Shown in pieces: positions 50,478 to 64,000 of a stretch of DNA of 64,000 bases (positions are counted from its first letter, which is position 1; each line of letters starts with the position of its first letter). The notes under the pieces are model-generated. The model saw nothing but the letters and a program-made list of their open reading frames with translations, had not been told where the DNA came from and made no database searches. This DNA comes from Squalus acanthias (lineage: Eukaryota). The stretch lies in assembly GCA_030390025.1 (NCBI GenBank), contig CM059446.1, positions 19,096,001 through 19,160,000 on the forward strand, written 5' to 3'. The position numbers and the translations under genes were made by a program.

Positions 50478-50498
50478 GAGAGAGAGAGAGAGAGAGAG
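50478..50498. repeat. (GA)n microsatellite
   Basis: Run of about 10 ga units. Confidence 0.9.
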
Positions 50499-50911
50499 CC
50501 TGGACAGAGTGCATTTACAGGCTATTCAACTGCATAGTGACCAAGTCCGATGCTGTTCACCCCCAATTCTAGACATTTTCCAGCAGGGGTCATTGGACAG
50601 CATCGAGACAGGGATTCCTGATTATTTGCCTTCTTAGTCCAGAGGTGCTGAGGCTAACTGCAGCCCCCAGCTGAAAACAACTAGCTCAGCTCGGACTGGG
50701 AAGTCAGCAACGTTGCTGTCCTATCTTTAAAAAAAAAACCAGAACCATTCCTTCTGAAAGTGGGCTAAGGGTAAGGCCTGTTCTACCAAATAAAGCCATG
50801 GTAAATTGGAGAGGCAGGGTGAGGTTAGCAGTGAGGAATGCCCATATATTGCAACACCACGAAAGGCTCAAAAAATGGAGCCATGTATAATCATTACTTT
50901 GGACGACAATT

Positions 50912-51090
50912 TTTTTAAATTCGTTCCTGGGATGTGGGCGTCTCTGGCAAGGACAGCATTTATTGCCCATCCCTAATTGCCCTTGAGAAGATGGTAGCCG
51001 CCTTCTTGAACGGCTGCAGTCCATGTGGTGAAAGTACTCCCACAGTGCTGTTAGGGAGGGAGTTCCAGGATTTTGACCCAGCGACGATGA
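50912..51090 (-). mobile_element. LINE 3' end of a different CR1-group family
   Basis: Minus strand encodes GSKSWNSLPNSTVGV...FKKAA; 3' UTR gggcaattagggatgggcaataaatgc...gacgcccacatccc. Confidence 0.75.
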
Positions 51091-52770
51091 CTAGCGGCAG
51101 TGGGAGGGGGGCCTTGGTTAAGTCTCAACTATATTCTCCTCTGAACCTGACACAAACAGCCTGTAGGAGCTTACAATATCAGATGGTGTTACAAAAGAAA
51201 AACTGTGTGTTCACTGAGTACCAGTTATTTACATTCTGCTTGCGTTTGGAAACAGTTTGACAAGAATGCTGGATAACATTTAGCTTGAATCCGTGAGCAA
51301 TGCAGATTTCCTCTTGTGTTTTATGTTTGTGTATAAACTCAGGACAGTGGTGGTGCTGCGTCCTTGCTTTTTCTGGGCTGGCTGGCTGGCGAAACAGCAG
51401 CTGGCTGGCTGTGTGTCATGTTATCACAGTGACTCCAAGCAACTAAATAAAGCAGATTAGTTACCTGCTGATCCGAGATAGGACATATAACACAGATGTG
51501 GTGACAGCAGTATTAATATATATATGCCTTATTTTTAAAGATTAAATGACTAATCACAGTTCTGGGACAGCAAGATATCCAATTTTCTGTGCCTTGTGGA
51601 GCCATGTTTGCAGACTAGTTATGGGCTGTTCTCCACAGTCCATGCATTTACCTATTAAAATAGTAAATGGCGTTGTCTTTGAAAATAAGGCCTGTACCTT
51701 GTGACAATAAATTACTGCTTGAAACGTGAACCAATTTGCACATACAATTTGAGATCCGAGCATGTCTTTCGTGAGACGTTTAAGATTTTTAAATGTCCAA
51801 CCAATGTTATCGATGTATTTCATTGTTTTTTTGCACTATGTGAAAAGGAGCTTGTAAGTGAACGGGCTCTTTACTGTTCTTGTATTGAATATATTATGCT
51901 TTTTAAGAGAGAAAAAAAATTGACCAGTTTGTGGTTTTTACAAAGCTTTCAAGATGAAACTAGGTTGAAATCATTCAATGTTAACAAGCAGTGCTGTGCA
52001 ATCATATAAGCACAAAGGTAAAATCCCTGCCCCAAGTTCCCCACTGCTAGCTTGTTAATCAGCAAAGGCCCCTCCACCCCCACCCTCCCACTGAAGTCAT
52101 CTTCAAATCCTGAATAGGTAAAGGAGTTAAAAAAATCAAACAGTGAATGCCGGAAAACTGAAATAATGAAACATGCTGGAAAATGCACAGCAAGTGAGTC
52201 AGCATCTGAAAGAGTCGGGTTAAACACTTCATGTAGAAGCATTGATCAGATCCTCAGTTACATGTGAAATAAATCTCTTTCAAATGCTGCTCCAGCTGGT
52301 GTGTCGTCTCCCACAATTTATTTCAAATCCTAATGATAAATCTCGTCAAACTAAGCAATTATTCTCAGTGAAATATCCCATTGCTATTATTTTGCGATCA
52401 CCAGCTCATTCTTCGTACTGTTTTAACTCACATCGTCTCTGGAACAGTTCACACGAAAAGCAGAAAATAGTGACAATAAAATTGGGTACACGTTCGAGTG
52501 TGAACTGTGGTGCCCATCAGCTATTAGAATTTTACAATGGTCCAATTAAGGCAGGGATTTACTTTAAGAATGTAAAGGATCATTTGGTTTAATCTTTAAA
52601 CTCGCCGAGCGATTCCTCCCGAGATTCCATTTTTAGTTTTAATAATTTGCTATTAATCTGTTGAGAAACATGTTCGTACTAGTACTGCCCACAATAATAT
52701 AACTGAATTTCCCATTCATCTCACACAAGTTAAACTTGAAAGCACTTCACCTATTGGTGTGCTGCTACAT

Positions 52771-52784
52771 GCGCCCTCTACTGG
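52771..52784 (-). promoter_or_regulatory. CTCF-binding motif
   Basis: Minus strand CCAGTAGAGGGCGC matches the core CCASYAGRKGGCRS at all 14 positions, in AT-rich non-repeat DNA downstream of ARHGAP22. Confidence 0.6.
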
Positions 52785-54020
52785 TGTAAAATGGGCCACT
52801 AAGACTTAAAAAAAAACCTCACAGAATAAATTAACAGTTCAACCAAACATGCTTCAATGCAGCATTCTTTCACTCAATGTAAGAAAACCTACAAAATTCA
52901 TTCATGTTACAGCTCTTTCATACCCCTGAAAGAACTGTGACTTCAATAAATTAGTTCTCCACTTACACCAAGGCATGGTAATGCAAACTCGCGAATTTTG
53001 CTATTTCTTATCTGAATGAAATAGGTTATCTGTAATATCATCAGACCGGATATCTAGTAATATTCTCAAAAATGCAAACACAAAGAGCAAAACATTCATT
53101 TTTTTGAAAGAGGAAATTAATGAACTGAGAGACTGTGTCTCTCTCAAAGAACAATAACTTTTTTTTGAAAAGACTAGCTTTTAAGAAAGTTATATTTGAT
53201 GATCAAAGATTTGATGATAAATTTCGCAGCTCATCAAACTGTGGATCTACCCGAATCATCTTCGTTGCTGGTTTCGATCCCCTCACTGCTCCTTACCGTT
53301 GAGTCCCAACTTACCATCAGAAAGTGGGGCTAAGTTCTTACTGCAACAAAATAAACTGCGAAGCATTTGCTTTTGTTTAAAGAGCAGTATGTGTGTGTGT
53401 GTGTAACTTTACATGAAACTATTAAAATTATAGTATCCGTTTTCTTCAAAAGTTTTGGGTTTGTTTTCCAAATGTTTAGATCTTTAAAGGAATTCTGCGC
53501 TGCAAGTTCCGAATTCAACCCCTTCATGGATAATTGGCCTTTAACTATGACTGTATTCTAAAGTCTAATGGATGAACTACATAAATATTTGGACACTTTC
53601 AAGATCAGACAGAGTCAAGCTGGTGTGTATTGTACAAGATGTAGGATACAAAATAAGTCCCCAAACATTCAGATGCGTTACTGCGGCTCATCAATGTTGA
53701 TGGAAACAGAAATAAATATAATTTAAAGCATGAAATCAGGCCACTGCTATCAAGCTATGTTACCAGGACATACTTCAAAATGGCTAAATGGTGAGGGGGG
53801 CCTTGCCTACCAGTAGGGGATTATAAACTGTGGGCCATTGAAAAACTATACAGAATGGAAATGTTGAACTACCTCACAAGGTTTGAAAGTTATTCCTATT
53901 ATCTACATTCTAACAGTCTCCACTCTTAAAGTAAAGGAAAATCAGCAGTTCCAGTGTAGTTACAGTCTCTGAACTTAAGAGCACAGACGAAGAGTTAGTG
54001 CAAAAACGCGCTGCAGCATT

Positions 54021-54448
54021 CATAGAAACATAGAATCTAGGAGCAGGAGTAGGCCATTCGGCCCATCGAGCCTGCTCCACCATTCAATACGATCATGGCT
54101 GATCATCCAAATCCAGTACCCTGTCCCTGCTTTAATCCCCACAGTACACATATCCCACCCTACCCACGTAACCCCACATATTTAATTCCCCCTAACATAT
54201 CCCATCCTATCCCCATAACCCCACATATTTAATCCCCCCCTAACACTAAGGGTCAATTTATCATAGCCAAATCAACCTAACCCGCACATTTTTGGACTGT
54301 GGGAGGAAACCGGAGCACCCGGAGGAAACCCACGCAGACACGGGGAGAATGTGCAAACTCCACACAGACAGTCACCCGAGGTCAGATTTGAACCCGGGTC
54401 TCTGGTGCTGTGAGGCACCAGTGCTAACCACTATGCCACCGTGTTGCC
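54021..54448 (-). mobile_element. HE1-type V-SINE with internal duplication and CR1 tail
   Basis: Reverse complement closely matches 17574-18020. Confidence 0.9.
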
Positions 54449-54649
54449 AACAAGGTTTTTTTTTTTAAACTGAAAAAAGGGCAGAGAAATAGCTGAAAAG
54501 TAATTCGGAGGGGGAGGAGGAGGAAATTTATTCTGATCAAAATATGTGAATGGCATCATTATTAGAGCAAGATTTCCTCTGATCGCTATTTCTAGAGAAA
54601 TCAAACGCTTGTCATTTTAGAATCTTCTATGATTCCACTAGAAATGAGG

Positions 54650-55050
54650 ATAGAAACATAGAAAAATAGGTGCAGGAGTAGGCCATTCAATATGATCATG
54701 GCTGATCCTCTACCACAATACCATATTCCCGCTCTCTCCCCATACCCCTTGATGCCTTTTGTGTCTAGAAATCTATCTATCTCCTTCTTAAATATATTCA
54801 GTGACTTGGCCTCCACAGCCTTCTGTGGTAGAGAATTCCACAGGTTCACCACCCTCTGAGTGAAGAAATTTCTCCTCATCTCAGTCCTAAATGTCCTGCC
54901 CTGTATCCCGAGACTGTGACCCCCTTGTTCTAGACCCCCCCAGCCAGGGGAAACATCTTCCCTGCATCCAGTCTGTCTAGCTCTGTCAGAATTTTATATG
55001 TTTCAATGAGAATCTTCTAAATTCTAGTGAATACAGGCCTAGTCGACCCA
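54650..55050 (-). mobile_element. CR1 LINE 3' fragment
   Basis: Minus-strand [41 protein letters not shown]. Confidence 0.9.
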
Positions 55051-55468
55051 GGATAGGAAATCTCCCCCAACTGTGTGCTCTTTATGACTTTATTGTGTCA
55101 CAAGATCATCCAACATGTTTTACCAACATTCATCAAGCAGTGGTGCACCATAATCTAGCTCTATGATAAAAGCCGCCCATTGCATTTCATTGTAATTCCT
55201 ATGCCACACACTAACACATGCAAATGTCTGTTACACGTTCACTTGATTCACTCAAACTTCATATTCAGCAAAGAGACAAATAAGAACTCTGTAACCATGA
55301 GCAGCAAGGGAAAGACCCCCAAATATAAACAAACAGGAATTGAATCAACTCATAAATGTTTCAAAATGCCTTAGGCTGCCATTTTAATTATCACTAATTG
55401 AAATATCACAATGTTGAAAATAAGGTTGGGGACAAATAGATACTTATTTTACAATAAAACTTAGTTGC

Positions 55469-55931
55469 GTCAGCTGTGGCTCAGTGGGTAGCACCCTTGC
55501 CTCTGAGGCAGAAGGTTGTGGGTTCACAGTCCCACTCTAGAGACTTGAGCAGAAAGTCCAGGCTGACACTCCAGTGCAGTACTAAGGGAGCGCTGCACTG
55601 TTGGAGGTGCTGTCTTTCAGGTGAGATGTTAAACTGAGGCCCCGTCTGCTCTGTTGGGTGGACGTAAAAGATTCCATGGCACTATTCCGAAGAAGAGCAG
55701 AGGAATATTCCCCGGTGTCCTGGCCAATATTTATCTCTCAATCAACATCACTAAAACAGATTAGCTGGTCATTATCACATTGCTGTTTGTGGGAGCTTGC
55801 TGTGCACAAATTGGCTACCGCGTTGCCTACATTACAACAGTGACTACACTTCAAAAGTACTTAATTGGCTGTAAAGCTCTTTGGGACGGCAGGTGGTCGC
55901 GAAAGACTATATAAACGCAAGTCTTTCTTTT
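55469..55931 (+). mobile_element. DeuSINE (SacSINE1-like), full length
   Basis: Same head, Deu domain and tail as 24145-24607. Confidence 0.92.
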
Positions 55932-58744
55932 TTATCGACTAAACTCTATTTTGCATCTTTGAACACCTTCATTAACATTTTTTTCCTCAGATGTCTTGGT
56001 CTTACTAGATGTCATACGTAGATGTTTGAGTTCCTATTGTTCCCGGACCTGACAGCTGAAGAGATTGAAGAACTATACCTGTGTCTGCAAATTCTCAGGG
56101 TGCCACAGTCTAACATGAACACTGCGGAGAAATCCCAGCATGCATCTGTATGAATCACCTCAACAAGTCCTTCCTTAGGCTAGAACAATAATTATGCATT
56201 TGTTTTTCTAAATGATTTCAAAACCAGCTAGAAACTTTTTCGTGGCAAGCTTGGAAAGGAACATTATTTTCAAGTGCTTATTTTTTTTTTTAAGTGCAGG
56301 AACAGAGGCTGGCAGAAAGAAAAAAAGAAAATGAGAGAAAAAGAAAAACAATTTTATCAAAAAAAATGTTTGCTTCACTGACTCGAGCTAGAACTGTTAC
56401 AACATTATTTCCAAATTCTTTCACTTGAGATGTGCATCCAACCCCCTTTGGAACAAGCCCACTGTTTCGTACCAGCCACCATCTGCCCACTCCCCTTGGG
56501 CCTCATTTTCTCCCCCATCTCTGTGCCTTCCATTATCTCTAAAACAGCCTCTCCCTGCCCGATCCTAGTACCTATCCCAGTAATATGATGCACTGTAGTC
56601 TTTAGAAAGGATAAGAAATAAAAATTGAGTACATGGGTAAAGAAATGCATGAATAACCGTGGCTACTGATTTATAGTTTTTACAGAAAATTGGAGTTATG
56701 GAATTTGATCCTCAAAAACACCAGTAAAAATGCCACGATAACATGTAATAAATTTGACCTATTATTCAGTCACAACATCAAATTAATGTAATAATATATT
56801 ATGCATGGTGTAGCACCTCTATTTTAAAACAGTGCATCTTTTGACAGAGAGCAAAGTCACATATTAAAACAGGACATCTGGCCCGCGTTTTCTCTGTCAC
56901 ACTTCGTTCATCATAGGTGAATATTTCTTTCACTTTTTGGCTCAAATTTCAAATTCATAAAACAGCAAATCACAGCTGAACAAGTAACCAAAACACCAAT
57001 CAGCAAGTGCCAAGCAGCAATCAACATCAATCAAATTCAAACAAGCTACAATCAAAATGGGCAACTGGCAACAGCTAGCAATAAAATAAAGCCAAACCAA
57101 TCATATTACTCCAAATATCTTTTGAAAAATTCCTTTAGCCACCTTCTTGCTTTATCCGCTAATATGAACACTTATAACGGAGTAAAGTTTGCATAATAGA
57201 CTAAAAATAATTACACTTATCTACTGTAATTTGGTTCTCTTGTTAGAGGCCTGTACCTGTGTGAGCAGCCAGAAAGTTGAGCTCACGGAGGTTCCCAAAA
57301 CCAGCAGTTTGGTAAGGATACTCAAATTAGCAGGTTATAATTCCCACATGCACCTGTGCACACAACTGCAGAGTGTGCCAGGACTCACTGTCAGCCCTGC
57401 TTCCAGCAGTGACAACCTCCAAAAGAACAATCTTGTGACACTGAAGATAACTAGAGTGTGTTCCTTTCTTTGTATAAAATATTGAAAACAAAGCATTAAT
57501 TCTTCAAAATTCTCCTGTGAAAACACAGGTTAGATATAATCAAGCAAGTGCTAGCAGCACGTTGTGCCAGAGACAAATTAAACTTTAAACAATGGCAAAT
57601 TTCAAAGTGGAATCTTTATATAGAACCTAAAATGGTTACTTGTAACAGCTGCCTTTTAATTGTTTAAACTTGCAACTAAAAAAAAACTTATATGAAATGA
57701 TTAATTCTTACAATTCTTATATTTATTTATCTAACTGGGTAAGAAAAACACCATTTATTTTCCAGGAGCCAATCAGAACCACATACTTTAATGTCTCTGG
57801 GGAGTTCTCTTACAAATTATTTCCTTCGAGATATGCATCCCTCCCTACAGTCCCTCGCAACAGTATAATCTCCGACTTACCATTAAGCAATGGCAGAAGA
57901 TCTGTCTATATAAACCATTCTGTGATGCAACTCTCATGTTTCATATGTTGCAATTTCACATGCAGATTTCTGTGGCACCATTTTTTTTAAACTCCCACTT
58001 CCTGGCGGAGACAACACATTTCTACTTTAATTGTAGTGGTGGTGTCAACAAATGCAGCCTTTAAAAAAAAAAGTATTAAAAAAGAAAGTCAGTCATTTCC
58101 AATGTACACAAACTTCCCACCAAGAGAAAATACCTTCTAATTGATTTCAGGAGTTATACTTGAAAAACATTAAACAAAGCCAGCTTGACCTCTATTGCCT
58201 GAAAGTTCTTCCCAAGAACTAGCCTCTAATTGTCACAGGAAGGCGTCAACAACAGAATAATACATTGTGCTTTACATGGCATCATTCTCCTATCCTAATA
58301 AAGCAGCATGCCCTCCAACCTCCCATGAGTAGATCTGCTGGTATATTGAAAATCATTCAAGTCCTAATGTTTTAAGAAAACTTGGGATTCAATTCCTAAA
58401 CACTTGACTATTCCAAATTCCTATTGAACATGTTAGCAGATCTAGTCCTACTCCAATCATCTAATTTAACTCATTTATTTGAAACATGCATCCACATCCA
58501 GATGCCAAGTTAGAACAAACTTTTAAAGAAAAAGGTAGATTAGCACAGAGGCAGGTGATAATCTATGCAATGGCCGTTTAAATCAACTGAGCAAAGTATC
58601 AAGTCATAAAGAATTTAAGATCTGAAAGGCTTGTGCACCTAAAGCAAAACTATTGTACTGTCTTTGGCAGAACAACAATTCAGTAAGTGCAGCCTCTGCT
58701 TTAGAAACTCAACAGCATACTTGAAATAAATATTGTCAGACTTA

Positions 58745-59105
58745 TGGTGATCTAATTGAGATGTTTAAGATCATTAAAGGATTTGTTAGGGTAGAGAGAA
58801 ACTATTTCCTCTGGTGGGGGAGTCCAGAACACGGGGGCATAATCTTAAGATTAGAGATAGGCCGTTTAGGGGTGATGTCAGGAAGCACTTCTTCACACAA
58901 AGGGTAGTGGATATATGGAACTCTCTCCCCAAAAAAGCTGTTGAGGCTGGGGGGTCAATTGAAAATCTCAGGTTGTTAGGTAAAGGTATTATGGGTTATG
59001 GAACCAAGGCGGGTAAATGGAGTTGAGATACAGATCAGCCATGATCTAATTGAATGGCGGAACAGGCTCAAGGGGCTGAATGGCCTCCTCCTGTTCCTAT
59101 GTTCT
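58745..59105 (+). mobile_element. CR1 LINE 3' fragment
   Basis: GESRTRGHNLKIRDRPFRGDVRKHFFTQRVVDIWNSLP plus the CR1 tail. Confidence 0.9.
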
Positions 59106-59164
59106 TTCCAATGTTCCTACTTGCAGATCTGGTTGGAATCGCAGATCTTTACAGGCAAATGTCA

Positions 59165-60038
59165 CAGAGCAAGGCAGTCAAATCTTTGTATGCAACTCTA
59201 CGTTGGTAAATGCACCCATCGTAAAAGCCATCCCAATGTGATTTGCTAATATTAAGACTGTATTGGTGTGTAAATATATTTATCTGTGATCAAATCAAAT
59301 TTTCCTTAGATTGTGCACTATTGTATGCATACTGAAGTGCCAAGCAAGCCACTCAGTTGTCAGGGCAACTAGGGATGGACAATAAATGCAGCCTTGCCAG
59401 TGTCGCCCACATCCAGAGAACAGAAGGTTTCACATTTTGCCTTGCTTTCCTTGGGGAGAGGTGCAGAAAGGGGCACTCGTGCTCAACACACCTGCATTCT
59501 TCCGTTTTAAAAGAAAGACACGAGTACCAAAGTCATCATCAGAAATAAACAGAAGTCAGTAACTTTTTTTTTTTAAGATTTGATTTAATACTTCACCACA
59601 TTCTGGTAGTCTTCACATTTCACAATCATTTCATTTTAAAAATCCTCCTCCAAAACCTGTACAGATTACTCATGTGACTGAATATTAGTACATGACTTGA
59701 TCCAAGAAGCTTTAAAAAGGGACAGTAACACTTGCAAGTACTCTACATCCATTGCACTGGTCAGTGAATACAAAACACATACATCTCAGAGCAAGGCAGT
59801 CCAATTTTTGTATGCAATTCTACATTGGTAAAAGCACCCCATAGTAAAAGCCTTTTTAATGTGACTTGTTATTGTTAAGACTGTATTGGTGTGTAAATGT
59901 ATTTATCTATGCCCAAAACAACTTTTCCTATGATTGGGCACTACTTGGGGCTGCATGCATACTGAAATGGCCAAGCAAGCCACTCAGTTGTCAGGGCAAC
60001 TAAGGGACGGGCAGTAAAAGCAGCCTTGCCAGTGTCGC
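59165..60038. repeat. Local direct duplication of a unit of about 245 bp (59165-59406 and 59787-60038)
   Basis: Shared blocks cagagcaaggcagtc, ttaagactgtattggtgtgtaaat, gccaagcaagccactcagttgtcagggcaact, gcagccttgccagtgtcgc. Confidence 0.88.
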
Positions 60039-63000
60039 TGCGGTGAACTCAAATTGCAAAAGGTTTCCACTCCACACCAAATGTACTTTAGTTTTACTGG
60101 AGTCTGCTTAGCTGCAAACTCCAGGTGATTTATCCTTACAGATTTTAGCAGGATTGCTGCCCATATTATAGTTAGAATCATTCTAATATTTGTGACTCTC
60201 CACGAAAGCCAAGTAAAATGATAGCTTAGATTTTATAAGCCTCGTCACTGCAGTTTAGGACTGTACAACTGAAGCTATATTTGTGGCAAGTTAGCCATCT
60301 CGCAGGGAAGGCCTCCATTTCACCTGTGTACCTGCTCAGCACCAAGTCCAGATCTCATCGTGGAAGCTACAGTTCAACACAAAAAAAAAATGCTTGTTTG
60401 TTGAGTTTGAACCCAAAAGCCAAATGCTGCCTCACGTGCAGAGCCTGGATTGACATTCTCAGATCACCGAGAGGGCTGTCTGGCATGTAGCACCAATGAG
60501 AGTCGAAGCTGCATGCAATAATTTGGGTATGTCATTGATGGGGGTTTACATATCCATTATAAGGACCACAAAACAAATCTAGATGCAAGTCTGCTACATT
60601 TCTCATCGCTTCATTTTAAACACAACCCTTTGAGTTCGATTCTGTAATCACCCAATAAGGATAGTCAAGCCTAGTTACAAATTTATGGAACAAGCCTGAA
60701 TTTGGCCAGATTCAATAATATTACCAGTTTGTATTTAGAAACCCTTATATTGTAATCATAATAAATACAGGGTAGTCATGCAGAGAAACATTTTTTGTTT
60801 GATACTTGCAGATAGATAGGCGCATAGCACCAGTGTTAAGTTCACACGGTTAGCAGTAGACGCTCAGTATCAAACAGCACCATATAAAGGAACAGCTCCC
60901 TCGAGATGTGGGAGGTATGAAAATTACACCAATACCCTCTGCATCCTTAGAGTACATATTCCATAATGTTGTCAAACAGAAGGATTACTGTCCCTTAAGA
61001 AAATATCAACCAACAGCAGAATATAGTAGGCACTAGTAGAACATAGAAATGGAACTACCAGTTCAGTTTTGATTATAGTGATTCAGCCACAGAAACAAGT
61101 ACAAACCCTCCACTTCTCTCCAACCCCCTTCTGAATAAAGACAACAAATTTGGAACTCAGACCCATTAACCTTTACATACAGCATTAAGAACCTTTCACC
61201 ATATATTAGACAATTATATATACATTTCAAACAGAAATTCACCTTACAAGTTGCACTTAATAGCAAAAAGGTCGAGAAGAAAAATAAACATGGCAACTTG
61301 GCCAGGGAAACGTGTGTCTGTAAAATCGCAATGGCCGAGACGGTGAAGCAGTTAACTGGGCAGCGGTGTATAACCTGGTAAAGTGATGCCACTAGAAGAG
61401 TCATGGATGCCCCTTTGGTAGGCTGGTGTCTGTAAGAGCAAAGGGAAAAAACAGAGAAATACAACTGTCCAGGAACCAAAGAATATTTTGTTTTGGAAGG
61501 GTAAGCACAATTAAAAGAAACCAGGACTACATTCTTTTTCATAAATAGACCATCTTGATTTGTATCTTCTCAACTGTGAGACGTTCACAGAAGGACAAGG
61601 AAACCAACATTAGACTATTGCACTATTACAACTTTCCATACAGTGCTTTAACAGCCAAACGATGGCCAAACTATTTCTTTTTGTGAACCGAAATGGGAAA
61701 GAAATGCTTACTAGTAAGGAATGTGCTAGTCCACAAGCAGGAACCAGGTGCTAGCAGTTCCTGCATTCTACAGGACTTGAACCAAGAGTCAACAGTTTGC
61801 AGCACTTATTAACTGTCTTCTTACCAGCAAGTCCCAACACTAAGTTAGTTGCGTAAGCTCATTTACTGGTGCACGCCAGCTCTTTATCTTTCCAATTTCA
61901 AATTATAAATTAGCTATAGCGAAACGTTAATAGCTACGTAGAGAGTGCAGCACTGTTCAGGAGACAACTTGTTTCTGTGCCTACACACTGTGAACACCTT
62001 TCGATAATTTACATCAATCTTGTTTAAACAAGTCCCACACCCCAAACAAGTGTCAAATAACCCAACTGAAGTTGTACATATGCTTCAATTGCTATGGACA
62101 AGTGAGTTATGGCAGTTCCTTCATGAGTGAAAAGACAGAACTGGTGAGGGAGCTGGCACCCAACCACCCTGTGGAGGCCTGGCACCTGGCAGAATCTGTA
62201 ACACGTCAATTAATCCATCATGGGGCACCATGCACTGATGCAGATTTTTAAATGCTGCTATTCCACATGTGTAAATTAATTCTGTGGACACTGAAGTAAC
62301 TGAATATAAGTAAAGAATAAATGGGGCTAAGCTACAGTGCTCCACAGTTTATAACTCAACATCGTAAACACAATGAAGAGATTAAAAAGCAACAACAGCC
62401 CACTAAAAGGGTTCTTCCCAACGTCACTGGTTATAAAGTTATGCCTGCAGTAATGTCAGTAGCCAGATTTAGGTACTCATGTGGTGAACTGACAATGTGA
62501 CCCTGGGCTGCAACCAACACAAGCACAGGATCAAAGGTTGGAGGTCAGTACTAAGTTCACATCCTGTGCCTTGCTGAAATTTACCCTTCGCTTGTTCAGT
62601 AAATGTTATTCTTCAGCTATCCATCAATGTGTTTTGACAAGAGGCCACTGCAATTCTAATTACATCCATGTCTTTATGGAAGAAGGCAGACAAACATAAA
62701 GTAACCCTGTGCCATGATTTATTCATTTTAAACAAGGCGTTTTGTTGAAATGTACACTCCATTTTTAAAGCATGATTTCACCCATGAAGCAGTTAACTGT
62801 AAGAGAAAGCAAGTTTACTGTATCTAGGGAGCTATCCGTCAACTGACTGGAAGTACCCAATTACTGTAACTTTAGGACTATTGGAATGGTATAACGAACT
62901 CTTTTGAAAGAAATGGAATCACTTGATCATTTTCTCAAATTGTCTGTATCCCCTCCCCCCGCCCACAGATAAAACATGTCAGATAACAACCGAAAATGAC

Positions 63001-64000
63001 ACTTCCAACATTTATTTTTTCCGTATTGGAAGATTATGGAGCATTGACAAAGCATGAAATACAAATTCACAAAATGTAGCTTGACGTAAAAGGTCAGAAC
63101 TGTTCTCCGAGAGTCACTGCAGATATAGAAAAAAATGGCTTACTGGAGGAATTAGCCCAGAGAGGGTAATTTGCACGCGAGTGGCAAATTTTGTGAAAAC
63201 ATTACAGTTAACGGAAACTATTTCCCCCCACCCCCTTACAAATTTGGCACTAACAGCATAATTATTTGTATACGACACACACAAACAGTAAAAGTGTGTG
63301 AAAATGCAAACATAATTGGTGGAATTTTTTCTGGGGGAGGAGGAGAATAGAGAATAAGCACTGTGGAACTAAGGATGAGTGATTTTTTAAAATAGTAATT
63401 TAAATGTAAAATAGATTATTCAAAATGACAACGTATACACCAGCAGTGTGCAGTGATTTTGGTATTCCGGTGGTTTAAGACACTAAAAACAAGTTTTGCA
63501 ATTGAAGTAAAAACAAAAAATACTGCCAAATACAGGACAGTCCACATCTGTAAAGAGAAAAGACAGGTTTATAATTCTTGAACTGATTACTGGATGCTAC
63601 CACAAACTTTAACCCGTTTCTCTTTCAGCTGCTGTCTGCCTGTTGTGTATTTGCAGCATTTTCTGCGAAGATTTCCAGCCTTTATAGTCTTTCTTTTTTA
63701 TCTATCATTTAACTGGTGATTTCACTGCACGAGGAGGGGGTTTGGGGAATGTGAGATGTTAAGCTTCACATTAAAATAGTTAAGTACTAAAATCTAAAGA
63801 CTGAAAATAAAAAAACTATAAAGTTTACATCTAATTTTTAAGCTGGTTCACTTAATTTTAGAATGCAGTTAATTATGGGGGGGGGGGGGGGGGAATTCCA
63901 AATAGGATTTTCTACCCTGCATAAAATCCAAAATGTAATTTAACTCCTACTGTGTATCCTGTTATAATCAGTCTAATCAGACAGGCATTTAAATCATAGT

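Larger units (their letters stand above)
46943..52000 (+). other. ARHGAP22: Probable ARHGAP22 3' UTR (end uncertain)
   Basis: Follows the stop codon, is comparatively repeat-poor and U-rich, and has several AATAAA hexamers (near 48377, 49612, 50790, 51446). The one actually used cannot be determined. Confidence 0.45.

Noticed and set aside
61063-61542. 159-aa minus-strand ORF
   Set aside because: C/L/F-rich composition typical of U-rich non-coding DNA; no domain or splice support.

Overview
Vertebrate genomic DNA, most likely from a shark or ray (inferred from HE1/V-SINE, SacSINE1-type DeuSINE and HER1/CR1-type repeats). The + strand carries the last six coding exons of ARHGAP22 (23485-46942: RhoGAP domain, Ser-rich linker, C-terminal coiled coil). 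All exons have GT-AG borders and splice in frame. The PH-domain exons were not found and probably lie upstream. Introns are dense with CR1 and L2 LINE 3' ends, SINEs, GC-rich TIR elements and a Harbinger transposase relic. The most notable signal is a set of Penelope-like (PLE) insertions from two families. Two are near-perfect fold-back hairpins with 12-bp target-site duplications and an unpaired tail of about 35-40 nt, and both families carry minimal type-I hammerhead-ribozyme motifs. Downstream of the gene are a consensus CTCF site and a repeat-poor region that may be the 3' UTR of a convergent gene. No clearly new protein-coding system was found. Family names come from recall, not from database searches.
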